64,000 bases of DNA. It comes from Raillietiella orientalis (taxonomy: Eukaryota). A program made the translations under genes and the position numbers. The notes beneath the pieces were generated by a model. That model worked only from the letters and a program-made list of their open reading frames with translations, made no database searches and had not been told where the DNA came from. Position 1 is the first letter of the stretch; every line of letters starts with the position of its first letter. Positions 22,500 through 34,830 of this stretch are shown here, one piece after another. Location of the stretch: positions 6,634,001 to 6,698,000 of the forward strand of contig JAYWIR010000004.1 of assembly GCA_036172245.1 (NCBI GenBank). The letters run 5' to 3'.

Positions 22500-25400
22500 T
22501 TCAATGGAATGGCAAACAAAGAGGTTTGATCTGAGGGACTGAGCGACCCTCTTCTCCTTGTGAAACTTTCCCTGTCTTTGTGAAACGCATCTTTGGAAAC
22601 GCATAAGAAGAATGTTGTCAAGGAACTGGATTGAGTTTTTAGCTTCGTACGCAATGGAGTTCCTGGTGACGCTTTTCTATCAGTGCAAAGCACCTTACAA
22701 AGATTCCTCACTCTGCTGCTGTTTCAATCGCTGCTTACATCCATGCAATGTTTTCAGTCATCAGCAGTGACTCAAGGTACAGCCTGGGTCTCGTGAAATC
22801 GCGTCCGCTTCGTTCGCGTTCATGAGAAAGATTTACGACTTCGAAGAGAAAATCGGTAATTCCGAAACCCAATTGCTTCGATGCTGAGAGACCTGAAAAC
22901 CAAGTCTCTCAGCTTCGAAGTTTCAGCCGGAGCTGAAACGGAAGTCAAGAATTGATGTAAGAGTGAAGATGAGAATTCATGATTTCCAGAAAACACGCTG
23001 AGTAAGGGAAACAGCAACAGCATCAGCGATAAGAACGAAAGGCTCAGCTTCGAGAATGCAAGGCAAATGCTGACCCATACAAAAAATGATCATGATTGTT
23101 TCTTCTTGACAAGGGAAAATAGGATGATGTACCGCCATTTGTAGCCGTGAGGAAAATCGTTCTCTCTTGCCGCCCCGTATTCTACGGAGAAATATTAATT
23201 TGTTTTGGATGTCTTTTCGCCAGCATCTCCATCCATCCGAATCCGTCACTGCAATTGAGTTGTCATGCTTGCGTTTCCATTCTTCACGCAGGTCCAACGG
23301 CTTTAATCATTCAATTTCCTCGTTCTCTCTCCCCAATTAAACAACTTGGAGCGATTTCCATCCATCCAGGATGAGACTCTGTTTCCTGAAAGGCAAGCGC
23401 TTGTTCGCCTTTTTTTTTTTTTTTTATTTGTTATTTTTGCTATAGTCAGCGCCATCATGAAGCAAATTGCGTTTTTTCGAGCGCGAAAGATATAAAGCGC
23501 TGTCATCTTTCCTGACCTAAACCACGGACATTTCCTGGACAAAAACGTGTTTGTTACATTTTCGAAATGCAAATTCTTGCTTTCAAAGTGATTTATCGAT
23601 CAAATTGCGAAAATGTGACAACGAAACTGGCAGGGAGGGGGGAGCGCCCACCGCGAAAAAGGACATGTGGGAAGATCTAGGTGCTATCGGCTTAATGAGA
23701 ATCATCATCGTTACACTCGCTTAGGCTGAAAGGGAAAGGATTTTCCTATAGGAAAGGGATTTTTGTTCTTTCTAAGTAAGGCAACCTCTTTGACGAAACA
23801 CGCGGCGATGGGAGCCTACGTTTCATGAATCTTGAGCAATAAAGAGAGACGGTTCATGGCAGAAGGACTTCGGATTCTTCACGGAAGTTTTTTTTTTTTT
23901 TTTTTTTTTCACAAAGAAGGAAGAGACTCGTCATTCTGGGAAGCCATCTGATTCATTTCAGCTTGCATGTCCAAAGATTTTATAAGTGATGATGACACTC
24001 GTGAGGATGACTTAAATGCTTGGTTTGCTGCACATCGACATGCCAGCAGCAAATGCTTGGGGATCGAATTTCTAGGAAAAACATCACTCTGGAATGCATG
24101 GATGGCGAAGGAGGAATCCAGCTAACATTGAAATTAACAGGGGAGCTCGCAGCAGGAAACAAGTGGAAGCAGCTGGGTTCGATCTCCAGGTAACTTTCAC
24201 CAGCATTCCTAAGCACGTGAGGGCTGGGAAATTTAGTTCTCAGAATCAGATTGATTGGAATCGGGATTGGGAGAGCACTTCGCGTCGCGTACTCCGAAAT
24301 ATCAGTCTGATCTCAAGACAGGGGATCTGGCAAAAGCTCCGATGAAAACGCAAGATCCATTTGCTAAGTGTCCCTTGTGAATAGGAGGATGCGGATTGAA
24401 CCTCACCGCAGAGAGGACCATATGAAGGCTATTCCAAGCTGCAATGCCATACGATAGGAAAGCTCATCATCACTAGACAGAATGAGCCGGCAGAGCTTCG
24501 AGAATGTATTCTAGAAAATTCGATCGTCCTACCGACCCCCGCAAAAGGTCCAACGACCGAGGGTTTGCACGGGCAGTGTGATTTTGAGAGACGAGAGGGA
24601 CAGCCGAATTAAGGTCTTTTCTATGGGATGCGAAGTAGAGGGGCAGCTTGAATTTGATAGAAGGACAAATGGCACAGAGGATGCCGAGCAGTATGGCGAC
24701 AAAAAATAGGAAATAGTATGTAAACAGAACGAGCTGCTTGTCCGGAAAGCATCATACACACATTTGTCACCCAAAACGACTTTCTCCTCAATCTGTGAGG
24801 TTCATGGATGAAGGAGGCATACAGTGGAAAAAAAACACACAAGAGAAAAAAATAGAAATTGGCAGCAGAAATGAAGTCTTTGCTGAAGTCTTGTGTACAA
24901 GTAACCGGTTTGCATTTTTTTTTACCCCTTTCGCTCTTCATCATTCAAATTTGAAACTTCTATGGTTTTTTCTCTGTGGTATTTTTTTGTTTTGGACCAC
25001 GAAAGGTGCGCGCTAATTTCGTCGTAATCCTGGGGTATCAGCAACCTTGATCGTTTGATGCATGCATCAAGCAATGTGCACGAGCTTAGAGTATGTACAA
25101 ATGAAATTTGTTGGTCCACTGACCTGTCGTGGGTTAAGGGAAACTGTGCTGAGAGTAAAATGACCCTCGAACGCATTTCGTCCCGTTCGTTTTGCAGGTC
25201 GAATAAAGGTGCATGCGTTGTCTCCAGCTTCTTAAACCCGCCAGGTGCCAAACTCATCGCGGAGGAATTCCGTAAACTCTTTCCCTTCTAATTAAGTGTC
25301 CTTTGGAAGAATAAAACTTATTTTTTTTCCTCCTGGGATGCGAAGTGTTTCCCGGCGGTGTTTCTCACAAGATACCTCAGAATGAAACAGCCGAAGCTTT

Positions 25401-27230
25401 CGGGGAAACTTGACACTTTGGGGCTAAAAAGGCAAATTCAAAAATCGCTGCGTCCGTACCATTTTCACACCCGCACAGGAGCCACCATGAAGGAATTTCT
25501 GCTCCTCAGTAATGAGTTAGTTTCAACTATATCGAGTTTTCAGGTATCCTTGAACATCCATCAGAGGCCCATTATTTTCCTGAGAATTTTTTTCTCTCGT
25601 GAGCGATCGAGGCAATGACATTGGGTTGCTAGAATCTCTTGGCTATCTATCCATCTCTGATTCTTGAGGGAGGAGATAGGCTACCTACCCGTTAAAAAAA
25701 AAAAAACTGTTACTTTTTGGACATCATTCTTATGCCATGCTTGGCAGGGCATCGAGTACATCACCTTCAGTCTCTCATCCTCTAAACAAGCCATACATCT
25801 CTTCCCCTATTCGGATGTTTCTTTTGGCAACTGTCCTGTCGTCGAGAGCATCCCTTTCCCTTTACGACAGGGAGCATCGGTTTCGCGAACCGATCGTCAA
25901 CAGAGGTTCTTCCTCCTCCAACTGCTCTACCCTCCATTTTGCTGCCATCTTTCTTTCGTCTTCTACTTGCTTCTACTCTCCAGGTTTCGCCGTCATCTTC
26001 TGTTCTTTCCTTTGCGCAGCATCTCCGTTGGCACAGCCGGCCGAAGTGATCTCACCCACTGGCAGAACGGAAGGACAGCATACTTGAGTCCTCTGACAGG
26101 ATCGAAGAAGTCAAGAAGAGGCCGAAGAGCTGATCGGATCGAGTGGAGGGAAAGATCTCTGTTGGCAGTGGAGTATCTCCGAAGACCCTAGTGGAACCAA
26201 TTAGCACCGATCTCAGCTCTTGGAGTTCTTTCGCTCCCTCTCCGATCTCGGTATGCAGCATGTATGCCGAGATCGGAGATGCGACTTGAATGCAACATCT
26301 CCGACCTCGGTATTCATACTCTCCAAGAATGGCTAACTGCATCCTGAGAGTTCGTCCAACGCGGTTTGCGAGGAGAAGAGAAATGGACAGTTGCTGCATG
26401 CTCGAGTCTTCCCTCGCGGCTCGACACCGGTGAAAATGAAACAGGTTTTCATATGGCAATCTCCCTCTACTATTGCCCTGAGGTCCATGAAGACTCTGTT
26501 CAAGCGAAAAAGAAGGATTCTCGAGAGTAAGGCAAGCTCACCACCCTCAGCAAAGCCAGGACAAGTAAGCGGTACAAGAGCTCAGGAGTAAGAGTACCAA
26601 ACTGGATTAGGAGCAGTGGAAATCACTCCGAAATCAGTTTTCTTTATAAGCGCAGTTGTTTTCGGGTTCCTCTGTGTACGGTGATTAGCTGGTAAGAACG
26701 ATTGTGACTTGAATGCTCGGATCGGGAAGTTCCAGAATCGCTCCTGGCATCCCCGATGTAACCATTTCAGTGGCCTGGGAAGTGACTTGACTCAAGCATG
26801 CCCTTTTCCAGGAGAACGCATTCAGATGAACTGAACATCAGTAAGAAAAATATATATATATATTTTTTGGTAACCCGAGCTCACGATGCTCCTAAAAGAA
26901 GGAGAGGGAGATAGTAGCCTATGAAATTATTATGGGATTAAAAAGAAGCACCATGTGTCCTGTCTCCATATTAGCGACTCCGTCGAGTAAATCAGCGAGC
27001 ACCTGACGAGACTGGTTGACATAGATCCGTTCGACTCATGGTAGGAGATGCTCCAACTCTTCTCACGGTGTACACGAGAGTCTCTCAGTTTCGTGGAGGT
27101 ATCATAAATAGTTCAGAAGCTGTTCAGAGATGCTTCCGCTCTTCTCAAGGTGTCGGATACGGCACGCAAGCCTTGTAGGCAAGTCTCTTCGAGCGGAGTT
27201 CTTTTCTAAGAGAGCGTTCCAATCAGCTCT
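22500..27230 (-). pseudogene. ZSWIM4/5/6: Decayed full-length ZSWIM4/5/6-family gene
   Basis: More than 15 collinear blocks vs recalled ZSWIM6, e.g. ALLE..SARR, PRN*ETLVYT (PRSEREICMYS), FHRCR and HTEIGEGAKEL (ORF 26052..26459; FDRCK, HTEVLPTAQKL), DPVRG (DPTAG), HTLSSCTLLDA (ORF 24922..25257; HVPTACARVDA), GPFAGVG..NTFSK..DDELSYRMAL (~24555-24440; GPYSGLG..HTFAK..DAELAYKIAL), EM/IRWL (EMVRWL), GNHEF..LRDLVFR (ORF 22820..23023; GKNEL..LSDILRR). Confidence 0.9.
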
Positions 27231-27639
27231 GTTTGTTGGAGAAGCGCAGGAGTTACAAAGAATGAAAAGAACAGCATTTTTATGATTCTTGTTCTACGCG
27301 CAGGAGGTCACGAAATTGGTTCGGAACCAATTCCGGTCTTTCGGAACCGATTCCGAAGAACTTCTGTCTACATCCACATCGGTTGGTCCTGGCTCTTGGA
27401 CGTTTTCATCAGCAAGAGGAAGTCCCAGTTATCGAGTACAATAGGAATCGCGATTGTGTTGGATTAGGGGCCACTACAAGGCGGCCCATTTTGTCGAGGT
27501 GTAGTCGCGAACTGCAGCTCCCGCACTACTTGCTCATTTTGGGGATCTAAGGATCCAGGATAGTCAACTGACTAAGTCTCGCACAGTCATCGGAACAGTC
27601 TTCGTCGACAGAGAGGCAGAGAGGTCTTTGGATTTGGTC

Positions 27640-30500
27640 TTCTTTCTTTCTCGAGCACTTCTGAGCACGTCAGGGGTGCTCTCGTGGTTGCAGGCAACGC
27701 GTCCAGGATGAACTTCTTCCCTTACGCACGCAATACCATATCCGGACGAAGACGACAACCCACTCCAGGGTTGCGCTCATTGAGGGAAACCACGTCCTAG
27801 CAGCTTCCTTCAGCTATCAGTCCTCGAGAGGCGAAGCGAGGCATTGAGCTGCTGAAAGTACTGGAGAGAGAGCTAAAAACAGCGACCGAGCACATGAGGC
27901 AACGTCACATTTTAGAACTGGCATTTGCTATGACTATGATCCCATTTTTTTAGCAGGTAGCCTCCCTAACTGGGAGGGGGGAGGGAGCTGAGGGTGGCAA
28001 CATGGAGAAATCCCCTGAATCAGATGCGCCCACCTGAAGTGAGAAAATGGCTCAACCTTGTGTGCAGCCGAATGCATGATACGTTTTCTCACCTGGCCTC
28101 TGACTTTCCATCAGGAAATGCCACTCCTGACTATGCTGAAGATTCCGAACGGTGGATGCCAACTTCCTCTTTGCGGTTGGGTCGATTCGTCAATGTACAC
28201 CGCTGAAGACGAAATGAGGCTCTCCTCGTATGGAAGTCCATTTTTGTCTTACACGTGATGGTGCGTGTCTCCTTATCTTCCACCAAACTTCTCATGTCCA
28301 CGCTGTCCCTTTGGAATCCCTTGGGAATTTCCCCTTACCTTGTGGAAAGGCTTCTCATTCACAGTTCATCGTCCACATAAGAGAGAACCGATGGCTGTCG
28401 CATCTGCTCGCCGATGAAGGAAACGAAGTTGCTGTGGAACACGACCGTTGGATCCGTAACCGTCGGAATTCTGTTGTAGCGCTTCTTCTCATCCGAGAGA
28501 TGGAGAGTTGCGATCCACCGTCTCACACGAGCCGAACTGATTCCTCCCGGTGCTGAACTCTCCACGGGGCTGCAAACCCTCCTTGTTCCAGTGGAGCAAA
28601 AGCGAAGGGAAAGTGTTCCTGAGGATCTCCAGAGTTTGCCTTCCAGCTCGACTGTGTGCAAACAGAGATGAGAATGCTAGGGGAATCTCTGCTTCATGTT
28701 GAAGCCTCGGGTGGAACGCGAAGACCTTACCAAACCCATTCTTGACTTTGGATTTTTGAATCGCCCGGCAGAGGAATGCTTTAGTTTCTCCTCTTTCCTA
28801 TGGTTTCCTCTCTGCTGATGCATATGGAAGGATCTTATTGGGTAAGCATTTCAAAAGCATTGGGATATGCAGCAGACACTTGATGACAGCCGATCTAATG
28901 ATCCACTGGGAAGAAACATTCAACATTTGCGTCAGAATTTCGACATCAGGCAATCGTTACAGTTGTGTGGAAATGGGCAGATGCATCTGTCTTTTCCTTT
29001 ACATTCAAAATCTCTACGAAGATCAGTGCATGCAGAATGCAGCTGTTTCTAGAAATGTCCAAAAAACTGATGGCATTCGGGTGACCATCTGCTGCAAAAT
29101 CCAGTGCGAGCTTGCCAAGATTTCATACAGGAGTGGAACAGTGGAAATGTAATTGAATCTTCTACGTGATTTCGCTTCTAATTTCGTGAGTTGGAGCGAA
29201 GAGCTGCTTTGAAGAAAGGTGGGAAAAAGTGACAAGGATCATCCAGCTTCCTCGCGGGGCTGGCGAGCTCCAGATAGTCTTCCGGTGCTGGAATCTCTTC
29301 TCGACCTCTTGGCTAAGATCAAGTGCAGCAGTCTGCCAATCCTAGAAAGACTTCACTCCGTTCCTCAGCATCTGTTGTCAAATGACCACACACTGTGCAA
29401 GTTTAGTTTCGGAAGCGTCCGAGGCCTGGGCGTCTGGGTTGGTCAGCTCAGCCCGCCCTGAAAACCTTCGAAAAGTGTTTTTTCCGTGCTTTGGTCATCT
29501 TGGTACTCCCTTTACTCTTTGCTCTTCTTGTTGCCAACGGGCCGTTTCAAGGTGCCTCTGGTTGTGTGAACTCACGGGAAATGAGAACGGATCCGTTATG
29601 TCCGTCGAACCCGTTTTCTTCCCACAGCCTTTACCCGGAATTTTGTTAAATGCATCCCCGCGGACAAAAGGGACATAAACAGATGAAGGTAGAGGTTCAT
29701 CGGGTTTACGTTGTTTTTGCCCATCTCCTCTGTTTAACTCCTGCTACCATCCTGAAGGTTCTTTCATTAGGGGCGGCGACCCATCCGATGATCCCAATGT
29801 ACGTCTCGAGGATGCTGGACCTTCAAGCAACTTCCTGATGTGCTCCTGCTTCTTGGGAACCTTCGATTGCCTTCCTCCGAATTGCTCGATCCCAGAGATA
29901 CGGAGCTGTCGAGGGCACTCTGGAGGCGAACCGGGGAGCCAGCCCTGCTCTCTCCTGCCTTACCACTCTCTGGCATCGCTGATCGTCCGCAACGGGCGGT
30001 CATTCCGCGGTGGACACGGTTTGCCCGCAGTGAGTCGGGGGGGGGGGGGTCTGCTCAAGCCGGCAAGGACGTAGTAGCTCCAAAGACTTCCCTGCTCTTA
30101 TGCGCAGCTTTCCGGGAATCCTCTCGGAGGAAGAAGGAATGTCCAGAGGGGAGCTCTCGGCCCAAACGCAGCTTTCGTCCACTTTCCGACAGGCGGCGAG
30201 GTCAGCGGATTCCTCAGACCAGGAAGCCCTCTCATTGGAGGATGAGGCTTCTAAGGCACGCGGGCAATCCACTAAGGAAGGGAAACCATGCCGAACCTGT
30301 ACACTTGGGCACAGCGCGACGGGTTTGCATGCTGAACGGACTGCGTTATCCACACGGATGGACTCGGAGAACCGCAACCTCCGGCAGTCAGCCAGTGTTT
30401 CCGTGAATTTGCTGAAGTTTCGACGTCCGCTGTCACCGCTATGTACTACTTCCGAATACAGGCTCGTTTGGTCCCGTATACTGATCCCTGAGTGCGTGAG
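27640..30500 (+). pseudogene. TUBGCP3: Decayed gamma-tubulin complex component 3 (GRIP1/GRIP2 domains)
   Basis: GVLSWLQ (DILYVFQ), EALLVW (RRLLVW), GRNIQHL (GKSINFL), FLEMSKKLM (~29046; YFETSKYLL), LLDLL..SVPQHLLS (ORF 29219..29461; LMDLL..TLYQHNLT), PENLRK (PEILRR), HSLASLI (HILASEM), QLSSTFRQ and RMDSENRNL (ORF 30100..30858; QLRAVFDQ, KMCSQLRIL). Donor GTAAGC at 28842. Confidence 0.85.
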
Positions 30501-30676
30501 CAGGTCTCTTTGCAGGCTTTGCGTTCTAATATCTCTTGCTGTGTTTTGCGCGGGGACGCTGCTTTTTGGGTTTTGCGAACAAATTGATTCTCGGCGGAAC
30601 GTCCTGTCGAACTTGGAACTGCCGAAACCGAAGCTGAGGAAGGGAGCAGCCCGAGCCGTCGTAGGTAAAGACGGTC

Positions 30677-31070
30677 GTGGCGCTAGCAAAGCAGATCTGC
30701 ACGAGAAAGCACTGGTGGCACGACGGCGCTGCGGAAGCAGCTGGCGACGAAGGAAGCGCGGAAGAGCGCTCCAGACGAATAGGGATTCGATGTTACTGAC
30801 CGATGGCACGAATTCTGCGGGAGAACAGACCATTACCAGAACGGCACGGTGCTTTTGATCCGTGAGTTGCCTCTCCAACCCCTACGGAGTGAGCGAAGCA
30901 GCGCAGGACGATTTCAAGACGGACCTAAGACCCATGGGTGCGGCAGCGTCAGTGGGAAGTGTGTTCGGTTGTCCTGTCATTGAAACGCAAATCTGGGCGC
31001 TGTCCATGCTAAGCGCGTGGTCATCACGCCGAAGGACGTGCGGATGGCCCTTCGCATCCGTGGTGAGCAG
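30677..31070 (+). pseudogene. His3: Histone H3 pseudogene (intronless)
   Basis: VALAKQ/SARESTGGTTALRKQLATKEARKSAP, HYQNGTVLLIRELPLQPL, AQDDFKTDLR, ANLGAVHAKRVVITPKDVRMALRIRGE. Start codon is GTG, there are several frameshifts and stops, and RYRP reads TGT TAC TGA CCG (consistent with CpG decay). Confidence 0.93.
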
Positions 31071-31365
31071 AACAGAAGCAGGTCCGCAGAAGAAAAAAAA
31101 TTGTATATTTCCATTTAAATTGGCTTTTTCGACTACCCCCTTTCTCGAAAAGCTGGAAAGTTTCATGCTATGGCGAACATGATTCTCTAGAGACTTGTTT
31201 TTTTACACCTTACTCAGTCTTTTCCTCGTCTTGCAGAACAATAAGGTCCGTTCCTCCAGGGAAACCGCATCAACAGTCCAATTCAATCGTTCGCGTTCCC
31301 ATCGAAGCTTTCACGATTCCAAGCCAAGTAGCGACGTTTCTCTTGCGCTTTAACGATTTCTTCCA

Positions 31366-34300
31366 GTGAATTCCGGAACTCCGTTATTTCCTTCAGAACT
31401 TTGGCATTGGGTGCCAACGCCAAGGAGCGCTTTGCCTTCCTGGACGAAGTTTAGAATTCTGAGGGATGAGGTTTCGTTTACGCAACGCAGCGTTTCTCTG
31501 GGAGTCAGCCAGCTGCATCCTCAACTCCCCGGAAAGCACGACTCACGAGGAAGTTTCCCATCGGTTACTGGGCGTTGCCACCCGGGTACGCCCGGGGCGT
31601 TTATTAAAAAAAACTCTACATTACGTGGTACCAAGCCCACTATCGGCCAATAACACCGGACCTGCCGGGACGCCGGGACGCAGACCAGCGTGACTCTCCT
31701 CGGCAGTGAAAGGGGATGGGAGGGAAACAAAAAGAAAAAATAAAACATAAGCAAACAAAAAAAAGAGTTTGGAGGGCAAAGAAGGGATCACAGTTCACTG
31801 GGAGGAGGGCGCATCCTTTGTAAGAAGCCCTCGAGGTCCATCCGCATTTGTGCCAGTTTGGACCATCCGGCAGCTCTCCGCATGAAGCAAACTGCATACT
31901 GGATGACGTCCCCTCTCGTTCTCATCCTGTTCTTCGTCGTCGGCATTGCTCCAGGCCGCCACGATGCCTTGGATGCAGCAAAGTGCTGCGAGGGCTGCGG
32001 CTGGCTGCAGGGTGTCCCTCACGAAGAGAAGCCGGAAAACGTCTCTGGGCGTCACCGGGAGCCCGCAGGTCGTCCCAAAACGTTCCCATAGGGGTCGGAG
32101 GGCAGCACAATCCACAATAAGGTGGGGAAGCGATTCCCGCTCCCCACATCTGGCGCACTGAGGATTCACAGCTCCCCTTATCCAGTGGAAGCGGCGTGCG
32201 TTGCAGGGTAACCCCCAGTTCAACGGTAGCAGCAACGACTCTTGCCACTTAAGGGGCAGGATCCTCGATTCTTTTAGTACCATAGGTCATTTCAGCTCAT
32301 CCGTCGGGATGGCGAGCAGCTTGTCTCATCTCAATAAACCTCGCAGATGGACGCTCGGGGTCGTGGCGTCGGCCAGCTCTCCCATGGTCCATCCGCTGAT
32401 CAACCTCTCTCGTCCTGCGATGCGGCAGGAGACTTACCACCTTGGCGTCCGTCTACTGTAAAGTGCCCCTCCAGGAAGGGCAGAGCCGTAGCTAGGCAGG
32501 TCGTCTCTGCCCACGTGCTCATAGCGGGACACTCCAGTAGGTCCCGCTGGGTGCAGCGGGCATAGGGGCCGCGTCGCAGGCGTATCCATGTCTCGTGGCT
32601 CCTCTGGTTCACTACCGCCCACGTGCCGATAGTCTCCTCCAACCAGGCGGAGGAGTTGGCGGGGCTGCAAATCATGCAGATGTTTTCCTTCTCCAGGGTT
32701 GCCATGCGTCCGAGCAGTAGGCCGCATCTTCCAATCTTCCGGCCGCGGCACAGAAGAAAAGACGCTAGCCCTTCGGTCCCGGACACACAGCTGGCGAGGA
32801 GGCGGGCCAGAACGCACCAAGGGGTGCTCCACATCTTCGCTGCGATGGCCATAATGCGCCATCGCAGCAGTATTTCCACACGCTCCAGCGTCAGGAAGCT
32901 AAGATCGCCGTCCCGAAGCGGAGCGCACAAGTCCTTCAAAGGGACTCGGGGCCTCCCCTTGCCCCAAAGGGCGATGCGGAGGAGGTCCTTCGTCCTCTTC
33001 TTCACTTCGATGGTAACGGGACACACAAAAAGTAGAGGGCAGAGAATAGGGGCTGCAAACGCGTCCCAAACCGCGGTCCGTTCCGGCAAGTGAAACTTGT
33101 CTTCCAGGAACGGGCCGATCGCCAACTCCACTTTCTGAAGACGACCTCACTGGGTTACTGGGCGCGTCCGCTTGCTTCGAAAAAGGGGAAGGTCCGCAAA
33201 GCCCCTTGGCGTACCTTGCACGCTTCCTTTCCTTTCGTCTCAGAGTGCTTGCTTTAAGAAACGAGCGGCACGAAACGCTCTGGCGATTTTTCTGGAAAGG
33301 ATCGCAAAAGCAGCTATCGCAACCTCGGAACGTTTCCGATCCTGTGGAATTCTCTTTAGAACATGAAGGAATCGTCTCTGTTGAGGTGAAACGATTCCTC
33401 CACCTCCTTTCCGCCTAGGAACGGAGATCAGGCAGTTTCCTTTCGATACGCTCAGTGGGTTGTTCCCTTGCTGGACACCTTCCGCAGCCTTTTCGAGCGC
33501 GCGATTGGCCGAACTTTCCTATTCCTCCATTTTAGTTCTTAAAAGGAAAAACTCGTTCCTTCTGCCCTTTCGGGAGTATCTTTGACAGGAAGCTTCTATC
33601 TAGAAACGTAGTGTGGTCTTGCACGTCTTGATAATTTATCTCTGCCAACGTAGCCCCGCCAGCATCAACACAAAGCACCTCCAAAATTGGAAAGCAGAGT
33701 GACAAGTTGAGGATCCGGGCAGATTCTTCGACTTGCACGATCCACAAAATCCTTGCTCCAGTAGCATGAACCAAGGAATCTTCATTTCCATCAGTAAACA
33801 TCAAGGAGTAGTTTAAGTAGATGTTTAAGTGTGGTGTTCAGGAGGAAGAGACGGAAATGCTGGCAGAATCCACGAGATCCGAAGAAAAATGGTGAACAGA
33901 GTCTGGCCAGGACGGAGCCAGAGGAAGCTCTGGTGGTGGTCTGAAGAGACTTGACGTGCAAATGCTCTGTCAGAGAGAGGTGAGGTAGGGGATAAAGACC
34001 GATCGAACCATCTCGTTGCAGGGTCCGTTCGCAACTTTCCCCCAGGATAGCTATAGCTCGTCGAAGCGGAAGAAGAACGGAGTCTCATCCGGTAACGCGA
34101 GTGATTAGAAATGACCTCGGCCTTTTCCTAAACTTGAAGTTGGTGAGAGGTTTGGTCTGCTCCAGGTCCATTTTGGTGAGCAGAACTCGAGCAGAGGGAT
34201 GAACGAAGGGGTTGCGTCGCAGAGAGCCCGATGCGACACTTGGCACATCACGCGAAAGACGCTGGTTCCTACGGACCACGGGACGGTGGCCACGTAAGTG

Positions 34301-34830
34301 GGAGTGCGCTAAGGATTGTGTTGGGACTTGCCTGCCGGAGCGACCGGTCCTGGAGTTTCGTCGCGTTCAAGCGTCGAACCGACGCCTAGCGCCTAACCTC
34401 CCAGACAGATGGATTACGGCGCTGCGTCGTCGTCGGCAGCCGCAAACACTTGGATGACACGTTGGGGATCTGAGATCGAGAAATGTTCTACGAGAGCAGC
34501 CTCTGAGCATGGTCCAGTCTATCCTAATTCTTCGTATTGTCTGCGGACTTGGGATGAAAACACCTGGGAATTTAACAGTGTTGCTAGCAAGGCATACCTG
34601 TTCTAGACTGAAAGTTTCGTTCCTTCTGTCGCCAGAACTGTTGTGCAAATTAGCTAAGGAATCCTTCGCCGGTTCTGGTCTTTGAAATCGAAAAATAGAA
34701 CATTCCCAAAAGCTGAAATCAAAGTTTGGAAACAGCCGTTTGAGGACGTACGCAGAATACAGGAGTCGTCCTTCAATGGGTCAGTACTTCAACCGTGGAC
34801 AAGGAAGCTGCAAAATAAAAGTCGATCCTT
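31366..34830 (+). pseudogene. DTL: Decayed DTL/Cdt2 (WD40 CRL4 substrate receptor), interrupted by LINE copy 1
   Basis: HRLLGA|..ASKKGKVR across the insertion (EHVLAVANEEGFVR), CFKKRAARNA (ORF 33172..33366; CFKEWMAHWNA), GDQAVSF (GDQTAKF), GGRDGN (33841-33858, exact), RREPDAT (RQEPIAS), AN/LDDTL (ANCTDDNI), KAYLF (AAYIW). Donor GTAAGT at 34294. Confidence 0.85.
31575..33152 (-). mobile_element. 5'-truncated L1/Tx1-clade non-LTR retrotransposon, copy 1 (post-RT region + CCHC zinc knuckle)
   Basis: ORFs 32400..33131 and 31795..32283 (LCAPLRDGDL; CARCGERESLPHLIVDC..LW); 12-bp TSD GGTTACTGGGCG at 31563-31574 and 33153-33164; terminal motif at 31579-31605. Confidence 0.92.

Noticed and set aside
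22600..22790. In-frame TGAs read as Trp/Sec (alternative code or readthrough)
   Set aside because: ZSWIM homology lies in another frame, the intact genes use TGA as stop, and the lesions are mostly indels.
29890..30470. Apparent H4 (LK/RQGR), H2A (LRKGNHAE..PVHL) and H2B (AVT..TTS) fragments upstream of H3, suggesting a histone cluster
   Set aside because: The same DNA is explained better and collinearly by the TUBGCP3 C-terminus (HSLASLI, QLSSTFRQ, QEAL, RMDSENRNL).
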